Shown: positions 52,331 through 62,904, numbered from the stretch's first letter. The stretch: 64,000 nucleotides of DNA from an uncultured Pseudomonadota bacterium (GCA_963737345.1 CAVTSM010000013.1:26280-90279); one strand, 5' to 3'. Made by a program: numbers and translations. Notes: generated from the letters alone by a model not told the origin.

Positions 52331-52705
52331 ATGGAACAGCTGACCGACCTGCAGCTCGCGGTGATGAAGGCGCTCTGGCGCCTCGGCGAGGGGACGGTTT
52401 CTGACGTCGGCGACGCGCTGGCGCGCAACGGACGGAAGCTGGCGCCGACCACGGTCGCCACTCTGTTGCAGCGCCTCGCCGCGCAAGGATGGGTGGCGCA
52501 CCGGCGCGAGGGGCGTCAGTTCGCGTACCGCGCCAAGGTCAAGGAGACGGCGGCGGCCCAGGGGGCGCTCGCGCGTGTCGTCCGCTCGTTCTTCGACGGG
52601 CGCGCCTCCAGCGTCGCCGCGCAGCTGCTGGAATCGGACGATCTCACGGCCGAGGATTTGCGCACCATCCGCGCGCTCTTGGACAAGCGCGGGGGCGGGC
52701 GATGA
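52331..52705 (+). CDS. BlaI/MecI/CopY family repressor
   Basis: LTDLQLAVMKALW...LAPTTVATLLQRL..GWV..RREGRQFAY...SFFDG. Confidence 0.93.
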   Translation: MEQLTDLQLAVMKALWRLGEGTVSDVGDALARNGRKLAPTTVATLLQRLAAQGWVAHRREGRQFAYRAKVKETAAAQGALARVVRSFFDGRASSVAAQLLESDDLTAEDLRTIRALLDKRGGGR

Positions 52706-53983
52706 CGGGAGCGCAGCTCTTCGGCCCCGGCCTCGCCGCTGCGGTGTTCCGGGGCGAGCTCGGCTGGCTGGTGACGTACGCCGTGCACGCCGCCATCGCG
52801 GCCGCCGTCGCGGAGGTACTCGTCAGCCTGGCGCATCCCTCGCCCGCCGACGAGCACCGCCTCTGGAAGATGGCTCTCGCCCTTCCGCTGGTGACCGCGT
52901 GCACCGGCACGCTCTTCGGCGAGGCCGCGCTCGGTCGAACAGTCCTTCTCCTGACACCCGCCGTGGTCGGCATTCAGCCGTCGCATTCAGGGGCAGCCGG
53001 GGCGATCGCCTCAGCTTCGAGCTCTTGGCTGGGAGCCCGTTTGGTGCTGGCAGCGGGGCTGGCGGCGACCGCCGGCGTGATGGCGGGCGCGGCCCGCTTC
53101 GCCATCGGCTTCGCACGTTTCCGCCGAAGGTTGAAGGACCGCCGAACCTCTGTCGATCCCCGCCTCCGCGCGGCGCTGGCGCGGATCTCCACGCGGTTCG
53201 GCCTGGGCCCCGTCGAGCTATCCGAGAGCGCCCGCCTGGCGAGCCCAACCGCCGTGGGGGCGCGCGCCATCTGCTTCCCGGTTGGCTCGACGGCGTCGCT
53301 CGCCGACGACGAGATCGATGCGGTGCTGGCCCATGAGCTTGCGCACCTCGAACGGCGTGACCCGGCGTGGTTCTTCCTGGCGGGCCTCGTCCAAGCCGCG
53401 TTGTGGATCGCAACCGTTCGCCCATCGCGTCGCCGCGCGGCTCCGGCGTAGTGCCGAGATCGCTTGCGACGAGCGCGCCGTCGCTGCAACAGGCAACGCG
53501 TTGGGTCTGGCGCGGGGCCTCAGTCGATTTGCGCACGCCGCGCTGGGTGCGACGGCTTTGAACGACGCCCATCCCGCATTTGGTGGCGGCGCCCGCGCGT
53601 CGCGCATCCTGGTCGATCGTGTGCGCCGGCTGGCCGCCCCTGCCCCACCCGCCCTTGTCTCGCGCGCCGCCGCCAGCCGGTTCCCGGCGACGGCCGCGGT
53701 CCTGGCCTTGGCGACCGTCGCCAGCGCCAACCTGAACGTGAGCTTCGCCGGAACAGCGCGGGACGAGGCGCCCGGCCTGGCGGCGGCCAGTCAGCGGGCT
53801 GCGTACCTGACCTCCGAAGAAGCCCGGCTGCAAGCAGAAATCAAGGCGGCAGACGGCCGCCCGAGGCGCGCCACGGCGAGTGCCGCCCCGTCCCACCTGT
53901 TGGAGCTGGAACAGGACCTTCGCCATGTACGAGAGGAGCGAGCGTGGCTGGAACGAATCGTGAGCACCACAGTCGAACCATGA
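52702..53983 (+). CDS. M56 (BlaR1-like) metallopeptidase; frameshift near 53410
   Basis: AVLAHELAHLERRD then EIACDERA in the next frame; TM segments; coupled to blaI. Confidence 0.85.
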
Positions 53984-55353
53984 AGCACCCATCGCTGGGT
54001 CTGGCCCTGGGGGTGGCTGTCGTCGCCGCCCTGGTCCCGGGCCGCGGCCCGGACGCCGCGGCCGCGCCCGGCAACGGGGCTGCGCCCGCCGTCGCGCGTA
54101 CGCTGCTCGAGCGGCGAGACGTCCCCGGCGCGCCGGGGCTGGAGTCGCGCGTTTACCTGATGACGTTTCCGCCAGGCGCCGCCAGTCCGCCCCACGTCCA
54201 CACGACCCAAGCCATGGGGTACGTGCTGGAGGGCGCCTTCGCGTCCTCGTTCGAGGACCAGCCTCCGACGATCAAGCGCGCCGGCGACGCCTTCGTCGAC
54301 AGCCCCGGCCGGACGCACCACTTCAAGAACGCGGACCCGGATCGACCGCTGCGCTTCATCTTGTCTGGGACATTCCCCAAGGGGGCGCCCATCTTCCGCA
54401 GTCCCGAGGCGGTCGTTCGCTTCGGCGTGGCCGCGCCGGCCCTTCCGATCCACAAGCCGGGCCTCTATCCCGAAACCATCGACTATGACCCGTTGCACGA
54501 CACGTTCCTGGTCGGTTCGTTCCGCAGCGGCGCGATCTACCGCGTCGACGGCGACGGGCGTGCCACGCCATTCGCCGGCGAACAGGCCGTCGGATCGACC
54601 CTTGGAATCGCGGTCGACGCCCAACACCGACGCCTGTGGGCGGTGAGCGCCGACGTGGGCGCCGGCGTCCGCCGGTCGGCTGCCGGCCCGAAGCGAGCCG
54701 CCGACGTCATCGTTTACGATCTGACGACCGGCAAGACGCTCCGTCACGTCGACCTTTCCGGCCTGGTCCACGGGCCACACCTGCTGAACGGCGTCGCTGT
54801 CGACGCGGGCGGCAACGCGTACGTCACCGACAGCTTCTCGGCGGCGATCTACCGCGTCAGCGCGGACGGCAAGGCGAGCGTCTTTGCCCGAGACGACAGG
54901 TTTGCCGGACCAGGCGTCGGCCTGAACGGCCTGGTCGTTCACCCGCACGGGTTCTTGCTGGCGATCAAGAAGAGCGACGGTGCGCTCTTCAAGGTGCCGC
55001 TGGCCGATCCCAAGCAGGTCTCGCAGGTCAAGATCGACGGCGCGTTCGTCGGCGGCGACGGACTGACGCTGGCCGGTGCCAACGACTTGGTGGTGGTCGC
55101 GAACGCCACACCGGCGGTGACCACCAACACCGCCTTCGCCCTGTCTACCGCTGACGACTGGGCAACCGCGCGGATCTACGACGCGCTGCCGCTGCGGGAC
55201 GACTACCCGACCACCGCCGTCGTGCGCGGAGGGACGCTGTTTGTCGTGTCGAGCCGACTCGAAGAGTTGCTACACGCGGCGGCCGCCGGCGGCGACTTGG
55301 CTCAGCACACGGCAGAAGCGACGGTTCGCCCCATCGGCTCCGTCGTGCGCTGA
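53980..55353 (+). CDS. Secreted cupin plus SMP-30/gluconolactonase-like beta-propeller fusion
   Basis: Signal peptide; PPHVH...YVLEG...H cupin; LYPETIDYD, LNGVAVD.GNAYVTDS, GLNG, GGDG. Confidence 0.8.
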   Translation: MKHPSLGLALGVAVVAALVPGRGPDAAAAPGNGAAPAVARTLLERRDVPGAPGLESRVYLMTFPPGAASPPHVHTTQAMGYVLEGAFASSFEDQPPTIKRAGDAFVDSPGRTHHFKNADPDRPLRFILSGTFPKGAPIFRSPEAVVRFGVAAPALPIHKPGLYPETIDYDPLHDTFLVGSFRSGAIYRVDGDGRATPFAGEQAVGSTLGIAVDAQHRRLWAVSADVGAGVRRSAAGPKRAADVIVYDLTTGKTLRHVDLSGLVHGPHLLNGVAVDAGGNAYVTDSFSAAIYRVSADGKASVFARDDRFAGPGVGLNGLVVHPHGFLLAIKKSDGALFKVPLADPKQVSQVKIDGAFVGGDGLTLAGANDLVVVANATPAVTTNTAFALSTADDWATARIYDALPLRDDYPTTAVVRGGTLFVVSSRLEELLHAAAAGGDLAQHTAEATVRPIGSVVR

Positions 55354-55401
55354 CGCAGCTCCTGTCGGTTGGGCGAAGGCGCGGCTACAATCGCGCCAAC
55401 C

Positions 55402-55855
55402 GTGACTGAAGTCCCTTACGGCGCTGACCGGCCTCCCTACGCGATCTCGACCGATCCCGCGCGCTTGGACCTGGACACGATCTGGGGCTGGCTGCGCGCG
55501 TCGTACTGGTCGCCAGGCATCCCGCGCGACACGGTCGCGCGCGCGATCCGCAATTCGATCCCGTTCGGAATCTTCGAAGCGCAGCGCCAGGTCGGGTTCG
55601 CCCGCGTCGTCACCGATCGCGCCACGTTCGCTTACCTGGCCGACGTGTTCGTCGACCCGGCGGCGCGCGGTCGGGGGCTTGCTGTCTGGTTGATGGAGGT
55701 CATCAGCGCCCACCCCGACCTGCAGGGGCTTCGCCGCTGGATGCTGGGCACGCGCGACGCACACGGCCTGTACGCCAAGTCCGGCTTCCGCCCCCTCGCC
55801 CGAGCCGGAGATCTTCATGGAGATTCACCGGCCGGACGCTTACCGCCGCGGTTGA
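55402..55855 (+). CDS. GNAT acetyltransferase; probable frameshift near 55800
   Basis: SYWSPGIP...QVGFARVVTD.ATFAYLADVFV...RGRGL...TRDAHGLY; the expected PEIFMEI tail is in an adjacent frame. Confidence 0.88.
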
Positions 55856-55861
55856 ACGGCC

Positions 55862-56047
55862 GTGCCATCCAACCCGACAGACGACCAGCGCCCGTTCGCC
55901 GAAAGCCTCTGCTGGCGATGCGCCCACCACCGCCCGATCACCACGGCGCGGTCGGTGTTCGTCATGTGCACGGCGTTGCCGGTCAAGTACCCGCGCCAGC
56001 CGGTCTTGGCCTGCCCGATGTTCCGGCCGCCGCCCGGGACGACATAG
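55862..56047 (+). CDS. Small Cys-containing hypothetical protein
   Basis: SLCWRC...FVMC...KYPRQPVLAC. Confidence 0.6.
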   Translation: MPSNPTDDQRPFAESLCWRCAHHRPITTARSVFVMCTALPVKYPRQPVLACPMFRPPPGTT

Positions 56048-56203
56048 CCCGGCCTCGCTGATTGTTACCGCCGGACGCCGGCCGGCGTAGGGAGGCGGTG
56101 GTCGCTGAAAAAAACCTTCAGCGGCCGGTGACACCCACGGCCGAGGTCGGTGTTTCTCCTGCAGTCCCGCTTCTCGGGTCACTGACACCACAGGAGAACC
56201 GCC

Positions 56204-56890
56204 GTGCACGCCACCACCTCGACGTTCGTACATCGCCTCTTGGACTGGCCCCTCTTTCAATCCGAGTGGGTCTTCTGGCTGCTCTTCGCCCTGTCGGCCT
56301 CGTCGCTGGCGGTCATCCTCGAGCGGCTCCTCTTTTTCCGGCGGCACGCGGGGGAGACCGCCCGCTTCGCCGCGGCGATCGAGGCGACGATCGGGCGCGG
56401 CGACATCGAGGGCGCGGCCGGCGCGCTGACCGGCCGGCGCAGCCTGGAGGCGCGCGTGCTGCTGGCTGGGCTGCTCGCCTGCGACCAAGGGCCCGACGCC
56501 GTCGAGGAGCGGCTGGCCGGCGCGCTCGGCACCGAACGCGCGCGCTTCGAAACGCGGCTGTCCTTCTTGGCGACGCTGGCCAGCAATGCGCCCTATGTCG
56601 GCCTCTTTGGCACGGTGCTGGGAATCGTCCGCGCGTTTCGAAACCTGGGGACGGACCTGGCCGAAGCCCACGCCGGCGTGATGACGGCGCTGGCCGAGGC
56701 CCTGGTCGCCACCGCGATTGGGCTTTTGGTGGCCATCCCGGCGGTGGTGGGATTCAACGCGTTCAAAAACGCGATCAAGACGCGCGTCACGCGCGCCGAG
56801 GCCCTGTCGCGGGCACTGCTCTCGCACCTCAAGAGCGAGCTGCCGGCCGCGGCATCGCAGAGCGCGGCCCGGCGCGCGGCGGCGGAGTGA
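56204..56890 (+). CDS. exbB: MotA/TolQ/ExbB proton channel
   Basis: LATLASNAPYVGLFGTVLGIVRAF...EALVATAIGLLVAIPA. Confidence 0.92.
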   Translation: MHATTSTFVHRLLDWPLFQSEWVFWLLFALSASSLAVILERLLFFRRHAGETARFAAAIEATIGRGDIEGAAGALTGRRSLEARVLLAGLLACDQGPDAVEERLAGALGTERARFETRLSFLATLASNAPYVGLFGTVLGIVRAFRNLGTDLAEAHAGVMTALAEALVATAIGLLVAIPAVVGFNAFKNAIKTRVTRAEALSRALLSHLKSELPAAASQSAARRAAAE

Positions 56891-56897
56891 GGACGTC

Positions 56898-57338
56898 ATG
56901 GCGGCCCTGGAAAAAGTGGCGTCGCAAGACGACGGCCCGATCGCGTCCATCAACATCATCCCGTTCGTGGACATCGTCCTGGTCCTGCTGGTCATCTTCA
57001 TCGTCACGTCGGCGGCGATCGTCCGCGCCAGCTTGAAAGTCGAGCTGCCGCGCGCGGCAGCCGCCGGCGCCAAGGTCGCCTCCACGCTGAACCTGGTGCT
57101 GGACGGAAATGGGACGCTGGCGCTGGATGGCCGCCCGACCACGGCGCAGGCTGCGCGTGCGGCCCTGCAGGCCGCCGTCGCGAGCAACCCGGCGGCGCAG
57201 GCCGTCATCGCCGCCGATCGCGGCGTCTCCTACGGCAAGGTGATGGAGGTCATCGACCTCGTGAAGGGCGCGGGCGTGGCCGGCTTCGCGCTGGACGTCG
57301 AGCGCGCCCCGAGCCGTGCGCCCGCCGGTGCACCGTGA
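56898..57338 (+). CDS. exbD: ExbD/TolR biopolymer transporter
   Basis: INIIPFVDIVLVLLVIFIV...IAADRGVSYGKVMEVID. Confidence 0.93.
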   Translation: MAALEKVASQDDGPIASINIIPFVDIVLVLLVIFIVTSAAIVRASLKVELPRAAAAGAKVASTLNLVLDGNGTLALDGRPTTAQAARAALQAAVASNPAAQAVIAADRGVSYGKVMEVIDLVKGAGVAGFALDVERAPSRAPAGAP

Positions 57339-58288
57339 CGGCGCGTTTCGATCCGCGCGGCGGCCGCGCGCTTGTGCGGCTGGTGCGGACCGCCGCCCCC
57401 GTATGTGCGCCTGCGCCCGTCCGCCCCCGGTCGGCCGGCGCCAGCGCACGCCGGAAGCAGCGTCGCGCGCGGCGGCGGCGGCCCGCGCCGCTGGCGCCCG
57501 ACACGGCCGCGGCGGCGCGCGCCTCCCTGGCCGGCGGCAGCGCGCGATCGCGGCGGCTTGCGGGCGCCGCCTGGACGGTCGTTCTGGCGGCGCACGCCGC
57601 GCTGGGGGTCGCCGTGTGGCGCACGCGCGCGGCGCCGCCTGTCACGCGGACCCCGACGCGAATCACGGTGCAGGTGCACGATCGGCCGTCGCCGCCGTCG
57701 CGTCCCAGCCTGGCGGCCACGCCCGGGGCGTCGTCCAGCCCCGCGCCACCGCGGGTCGCGCGCCCAACGGCGGTTCGCGTGCCGCGCGCGCCGGGGCCGC
57801 CGCCCGCGGCGCCGCCCGCGCCGCTGAAAGTCGTGGGCCTCTCGCTCGAGTCGACGTCCGAGGCCGGTCCCGGCTCGGCTTTTGCCGTCGGTGAAACACT
57901 GGATGGCGCCACGGCTGCGACCGCCGCCGGCCCGCGCCCATCGCGGCCTGCCCCGGAGCCAACGCCAGGGCCCAACCGCGTGGCCGGTGGTATCCCGCGG
58001 CCCGGCGGCATGTTGACGCCGCCCCGGCGCCTCGACGAGGTGAAGCCGCGCTACCCCGACGCGCGCCGCGCGGCGGGCGTCGAGGCGGACGTCCTGCTGG
58101 TCGTCTCGCTGGATGCCGCGGGGCGCGTCCTGTCCGTCACCGTGGGACGCACGAGCGGCGACGAAGCCTTCGACGAATCCGCCCGCGCGGCAGCCCGACA
58201 AGAGCGGTTCAGCCCGGCCCTGCGCGACGGCATTCCGGTCCCCACCACCTTCACCTTCACCACCCACTTCCGTTTGGACACGCCATGA
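57335..58288 (+). CDS. tonB: Energy transducer TonB
   Basis: TM helix, Pro-rich spacer, YPDARRAAGVE...FDESARAA...FSPA C-domain. Confidence 0.8.
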   Translation: MTARFDPRGGRALVRLVRTAAPVCAPAPVRPRSAGASARRKQRRARRRRPAPLAPDTAAAARASLAGGSARSRRLAGAAWTVVLAAHAALGVAVWRTRAAPPVTRTPTRITVQVHDRPSPPSRPSLAATPGASSSPAPPRVARPTAVRVPRAPGPPPAAPPAPLKVVGLSLESTSEAGPGSAFAVGETLDGATAATAAGPRPSRPAPEPTPGPNRVAGGIPRPGGMLTPPRRLDEVKPRYPDARRAAGVEADVLLVVSLDAAGRVLSVTVGRTSGDEAFDESARAAARQERFSPALRDGIPVPTTFTFTTHFRLDTP

Positions 58289-59220
58289 CCATGAACCGTC
58301 ACCTCCTGTTGGGACTGCTGGCGGCCGGGCTGGCCGGTTGCGGCGCCGACTTCGACCCGCCCGCCCAGCTCGCGAAGCTGCGGCTGCTCGCGTTGCAGGC
58401 CGCGCCCGTCAATCCGGCCCACGGCGAAACCACGACCATCACGCCGCTGGTCTACACCCCGTCGGACGCCGCCCTGGAATTCGCCTGGTCGTGGTGCCCG
58501 CTTCTCGGCCAGGTCAACGACGGCTACGTCTGCCCCCTGTCGCGCGACCAGGCGAACGCAATGCTGGCGGCGGCGGGTGTGACCGCGCCGCTACCCGCGT
58601 TCGAGATGGGCGCGGGCCCGGTCGCCTCTTTCACCAACCCGTTCCCGCCCGAGGCGCTGGCCGCGCTCTGCGCCGCCGCGCTCGACGGACAGATCGCGGA
58701 CTGCCAGGGCGGATTTCCGATCCGCGTGTCGGTCCGCGTCGCGCAGGGGGCGCAGACGCAGCTGGCGACGACCATTATCCGCTTGCCCGTCACGACCGGC
58801 GCGCTGTCGAACGCCAACCCGATCCCGGGCGCTCTGAGCGTCGACCTGCCGTCGGGCAGGCAGGTGCTGGACGACGCGGGCACCGTGCAGATCCCCCGAT
58901 TGCGGGACAGCCTCCTCCACGTCGCCGTCGACGAGGGGCAGGCCCAGACGTACACCGCGCGTGTGGCGGGCGGCGAGACGGCCACCGCGCGAGAAACGCT
59001 GCTCTTCAGCTGGTTCGCCGAGCTGGACGGCCTCGACAACCACCGAACGCTGTTCATCGACGGCGTCGACACGCTGGACGCCGCGGCCGCCGACAAATGG
59101 AAACCGCCCGCCACGCGCGACGACGACCGGGTTACGTCGCGCCTGATCGTCGTCGTGCGCGACGACCGCGGGGGCGTCGGTTGGACCAGCGCCACCGCCA
59201 CGCTGGAGCCGGCGCCATGA
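58285..59220 (+). CDS. TBDR-associated lipoprotein
   Basis: LAGC lipobox; LRLLALQA, NANP, VVRDDRGGVGW. Confidence 0.8.
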   Translation: MTMNRHLLLGLLAAGLAGCGADFDPPAQLAKLRLLALQAAPVNPAHGETTTITPLVYTPSDAALEFAWSWCPLLGQVNDGYVCPLSRDQANAMLAAAGVTAPLPAFEMGAGPVASFTNPFPPEALAALCAAALDGQIADCQGGFPIRVSVRVAQGAQTQLATTIIRLPVTTGALSNANPIPGALSVDLPSGRQVLDDAGTVQIPRLRDSLLHVAVDEGQAQTYTARVAGGETATARETLLFSWFAELDGLDNHRTLFIDGVDTLDAAAADKWKPPATRDDDRVTSRLIVVVRDDRGGVGWTSATATLEPAP

Positions 59221-61874
59221 CGCGCTCTGCCCTCCTGTGCGTGGTCGTCGTCCACCTGGCGGCGCCCGCGGCGACCCTGGCGGCGGAGGCCCCGGCGGCC
59301 GGCACGCTCAGCAAGCTGCCCAAGCAGATCGCCTCGGTCGAGGCCGCCTACCCGCCCGACGCGGCCGTCGCCGGGGTGGAGGCCGACGTGGTGCTGAACC
59401 TGACCATCGACACGACCGGCCACGTCAGCCACGCCGAGGTCGCGACGTCCGCCGGCCGAGGGCGCGAGGCGTTCGACGCGGCGGCCGTCGCCGCGGCCGC
59501 CGGCTACCTGTTCGAGCCCGCCGAGAGCGACGGCAAGCCGGTCGCGGTGGAGCTGGCCTACAAGGTGAAGTTTCGCCTGCGCGCCAAAGCCGCCGCTGCT
59601 GCTGCTTCCGCGACAGAGGCTCCGCCACCTCGGACACCGCCGCCGGTCGCCGCACCCCGCCTCCCGCGCGAGAGCCTGTCGGGGCAGTTGCGCGAGCGCG
59701 GCACGCGTACCCCGCTGATCGGGTTCGTCGTCACCGTCAGCAAACAGGGTGCGTCCCCGCCCGAGGCTTACGAGGTGACGACCGACGGCGACGGCCGCTT
59801 CGCGTTCTTCGACCTCCACCCCGGCGCTTGGCACGTCGATGTCGAAGCACCCGCCTACTTCCCGTTCCGCACCAACGAGGAGATCCGCGCGGGTGAAAAG
59901 ACGGTGGTCACCTACTACGTCGAACGCGGGCGAGCCAACCCGCTCGACGAGACCGTCACGGCGGCGCGCGCCAAGAAGGACGTGACGCACGTCGTGCTCA
60001 GCGCCGAGGTCATCGACAGGATTCCCGGCACGGCCGGCGATCCGCTGGCGGTGGTCCAGAACCTGGCCGGTGTGGCGCGCGCGCCGGCCGGCAGCGGCCT
60101 CCTCATCGTGCGCGGCTCGGCGCCCGAGGACACGCAGATCTTCGTGGACGGAATGGACGTGCCGCTGGTCTACCACTTCGGGGGCCTGCGGAGCGTCCTG
60201 CCCGAGCGGGTGATCGACAGCATCGAGTTCGTGCCCGGCAACTTCTCGCCCGAGTACGGGCGGGCCACCGGCGGCATCGTCGACGTGCACCTCAAAGAGC
60301 TGAAGCCGCGGCGCTTCGGCGGCTCGATCGACATCAGCGTGCTCGACACCGGGGTTTATCTCGAGGCACCGCTCGGCCGCCGGGGGGGCGTGGCCGTCGC
60401 CGCCCGCCGCAGCTACCTGGATGCGGTCCTCAAAGCCGTCGTCCCCAGCGACGCACCGGTCGCGCTGGTGACCGCGCCCGTCTACTACGACGGGCAGCTG
60501 CTGGCGAACTATCGCCTGACCGCCGCGCACGACCTGCGCGCCATGGTGTTCGGCGCCGACGATCGCCTGGCGCTGCTTTTCAAGAACCCGGCCGACTTCT
60601 CGCAGCAGGCCACCGGAAACCGCCTCAGCGCGCGGACGGGCTTCTGGCGCGCGCTGGCCGCCGATCACTACACCCCGCGCGAGGCGCTCGAGAACACGCT
60701 GCGCCTGTCGGCGGGACAGGACGCCGAGACACTCACCGAGGGCAATCTGGTGCTGGACCTGCACCGGCGCGTCGTTCAGCTGCGCGACACGCTGCGCCTG
60801 CGCCTGGCTCCCTGGGCCACGCTGGTCGCCGGCGTCGACGCGCGCACCGAAAGCTACAGCGGACACGTCCGGCTGCCCGAGCCTCCCAAAGAGGGGCAGC
60901 CCATGGCCAATCAGAACCTGAATCAGACCAAGGAGACGATCGTGCGGTGGGGCTGGATGTCCTCGCCGGCCGCGTTCGCCGAGCTCGAGCTGCGCCCGGC
61001 GAAGGCGCTGCTGATCGCGGCTGGGCTCCGGGCTGACTATTTCGAGATCATCCACCAGGGCGTGCTGGCGCCGCGCCTGTCGGTGCGTGAAGACCTGTCG
61101 CCGCGCTGGGCGCTGAAGGGCGCGGTCGGCCTGTACCAACAGGCGCCCGACGTCGAGGAGACCGACCCCGCGTTCGGCAACCCGGGCCTGAAGGCCGAGC
61201 GCGCCGTTCACGCCGCGGCGGGGGCCGAGTGGAGGCCCTGGCCGGGGACGACCGTCGACGTCACCGGCTTTTACAAGCGCCTCTCCAACCTGGTCAGCCC
61301 GACGGACGCGACCCGCGTCGAGAACGGCACGGACGTGCCCGTCACCTACGACAACGGCGGCCGCGGCCGCGTGATCGGCCTGGAAGTCGTCGCGCGCCGC
61401 GAGCTCAGCGACGGCTTCGTCGGTTGGCTCGCGTACACCCTGTCCCAGTCCGAGCGACTGGATTCGGGGCAGAGCGATTGGCGCCCGTTCGACTTCGACC
61501 AGACCCACATCCTGACCGCCGTGGCCTCCTACGACCTGCCGCACCACTGGCGCGTCGGTTCGCGCTTCCGCTACGTCAGCGGCAACCCACAGACACCGGT
61601 GACGGGCAGCGTGTTCAACAGCGTCACCGACGAGTACGACCCGGTGTTCGGCAAGGTGAACAGCGCCCGCCAGCCGCCGTTCGTGCAGCTGGACGTCCGC
61701 GTGGACAAACAGTGGGTGTTCGATCGCTGGCTGCTGGACGCCTATCTCGACGTGCAGAACGCCACCAACCACGTCAACCCCGAGGGCATCGCCTACAACG
61801 ACGACTACACGCAATCGAAGGTGAACCGCGGCCTGCCGATCCTGCCGCTCCTGGGCCTACGCGCCGAGTTCTAG
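59217..61874 (+). CDS. TonB-dependent receptor with N-terminal TonB-C and carboxypeptidase-regulatory-like domains
   Basis: IPGTAGDPL..VQNL.GV, YHFGG, YGRATGGIV plug motifs; C-terminal LGLRAEF. Confidence 0.92.
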   Translation: MTRSALLCVVVVHLAAPAATLAAEAPAAGTLSKLPKQIASVEAAYPPDAAVAGVEADVVLNLTIDTTGHVSHAEVATSAGRGREAFDAAAVAAAAGYLFEPAESDGKPVAVELAYKVKFRLRAKAAAAAASATEAPPPRTPPPVAAPRLPRESLSGQLRERGTRTPLIGFVVTVSKQGASPPEAYEVTTDGDGRFAFFDLHPGAWHVDVEAPAYFPFRTNEEIRAGEKTVVTYYVERGRANPLDETVTAARAKKDVTHVVLSAEVIDRIPGTAGDPLAVVQNLAGVARAPAGSGLLIVRGSAPEDTQIFVDGMDVPLVYHFGGLRSVLPERVIDSIEFVPGNFSPEYGRATGGIVDVHLKELKPRRFGGSIDISVLDTGVYLEAPLGRRGGVAVAARRSYLDAVLKAVVPSDAPVALVTAPVYYDGQLLANYRLTAAHDLRAMVFGADDRLALLFKNPADFSQQATGNRLSARTGFWRALAADHYTPREALENTLRLSAGQDAETLTEGNLVLDLHRRVVQLRDTLRLRLAPWATLVAGVDARTESYSGHVRLPEPPKEGQPMANQNLNQTKETIVRWGWMSSPAAFAELELRPAKALLIAAGLRADYFEIIHQGVLAPRLSVREDLSPRWALKGAVGLYQQAPDVEETDPAFGNPGLKAERAVHAAAGAEWRPWPGTTVDVTGFYKRLSNLVSPTDATRVENGTDVPVTYDNGGRGRVIGLEVVARRELSDGFVGWLAYTLSQSERLDSGQSDWRPFDFDQTHILTAVASYDLPHHWRVGSRFRYVSGNPQTPVTGSVFNSVTDEYDPVFGKVNSARQPPFVQLDVRVDKQWVFDRWLLDAYLDVQNATNHVNPEGIAYNDDYTQSKVNRGLPILPLLGLRAEF

Positions 61875-61927
61875 TGCGACTGTGATCTTCCGTCGAGACG
61901 GTGATCGTTGCTGTATTCCCGCCGGCG

Positions 61928-62536
61928 TCAGTTGACGTGAAGCACGACCACGCGGCCCGGGGCCGGAAGCGGCGTGTCGGTGTGCCCTGGCTGGGTGTTG
62001 GCGAAGGCCGAGGAGACGTTCAGGGTAAATCGATAGCTATCGCCTGCCGGGACGACGTAGGTGTCGGAGCACCTGGAGGCGCAGGCAGGCACGTCGGTGC
62101 GCCAGGCAGTGACCGTTCCGTCCCACGCAAAGTCGCGGGCGCCTCCGCTTGGAATGACCAGAGGAAAACCGTCGTCACACACGAAATCGACGATGCTGCA
62201 GCGGGGACTTCGCGCAGCATCCGGCTGGCAGGTCGCGCACGGGCAAAGCCTGTCGGAGCCCTCGATGGACGTCGGCTGATCGATCGGGGCAGCCGGGCCG
62301 GTAATCGCGAGCCCGACCCCACAGCCGAAGTTCGGGTAGTAGGTCAACTGGTAGTCGCCCGGGCCGTCATTGACGACTCGAACGATGGTGGGGAACGGCG
62401 GTGTCGCCGCGACCGCCGCATCGACCGCGACCGCGCCGCCGCGCGCCGAAGGTCCGCAACCGGCGAGGCTCGCGACCAGGAAAACAGGAAAGGCCACGTC
62501 ACGCAGAGTGTCGGCTGACAGAGTGTCCCACGGCAT
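61928..62536 (-). CDS. Cys-rich lipoprotein, hypothetical
   Basis: LAGC lipobox, CPCATC. Confidence 0.6.
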   Translation of the reverse strand: MPWDTLSADTLRDVAFPVFLVASLAGCGPSARGGAVAVDAAVAATPPFPTIVRVVNDGPGDYQLTYYPNFGCGVGLAITGPAAPIDQPTSIEGSDRLCPCATCQPDAARSPRCSIVDFVCDDGFPLVIPSGGARDFAWDGTVTAWRTDVPACASRCSDTYVVPAGDSYRFTLNVSSAFANTQPGHTDTPLPAPGRVVVLHVN

Positions 62537-62904
62537 TGCCTCACACCCTCCTCAACAGACCTCGTGGCGCTCTCCAGCGAGCAAGCAACTCCGCCTGCTT
62601 ATTCCTGTCCGTCCACAACTCACTAACCCACCCCAAAAGGTCGTCGAAGCCTTCGTCGTCCACGTTCCGTGCCTCGCTCTTCAGGCCATTTCTCGCATCG
62701 TACGCCCAGCGCGCGGTGGCGCTTCAGGTACCCGCCGGCACCTGCCTGACAAGTCCTTCGGCCCAGGCGTAATGCCCAGCGAGAAGGACGCGCTGATCCG
62801 TCAGCTTCTCAACACAATGGTCGGTCCATCGCTCACCGACACCGCTTTGCTTCGTCCCCACCGGCCCGATCGCCTGCGGTCCGTAGATTGCTTATCTGGC
62901 GGCA

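Noticed and set aside
56060-56203. Cobalamin or TPP riboswitch call
   Set aside because: GGCGTAGGGAG resembles a TPP 3' end, but the CTGAGA/ACCTGAT elements and the B12-box motifs are absent.
58524-61814. 1096-aa minus-strand ORF and similar long antisense ORFs (e.g. 21933..23168, 29746..31458, 40108..41619)
   Set aside because: Shadow ORFs of real high-GC genes on the opposite strand; no recognisable motifs.
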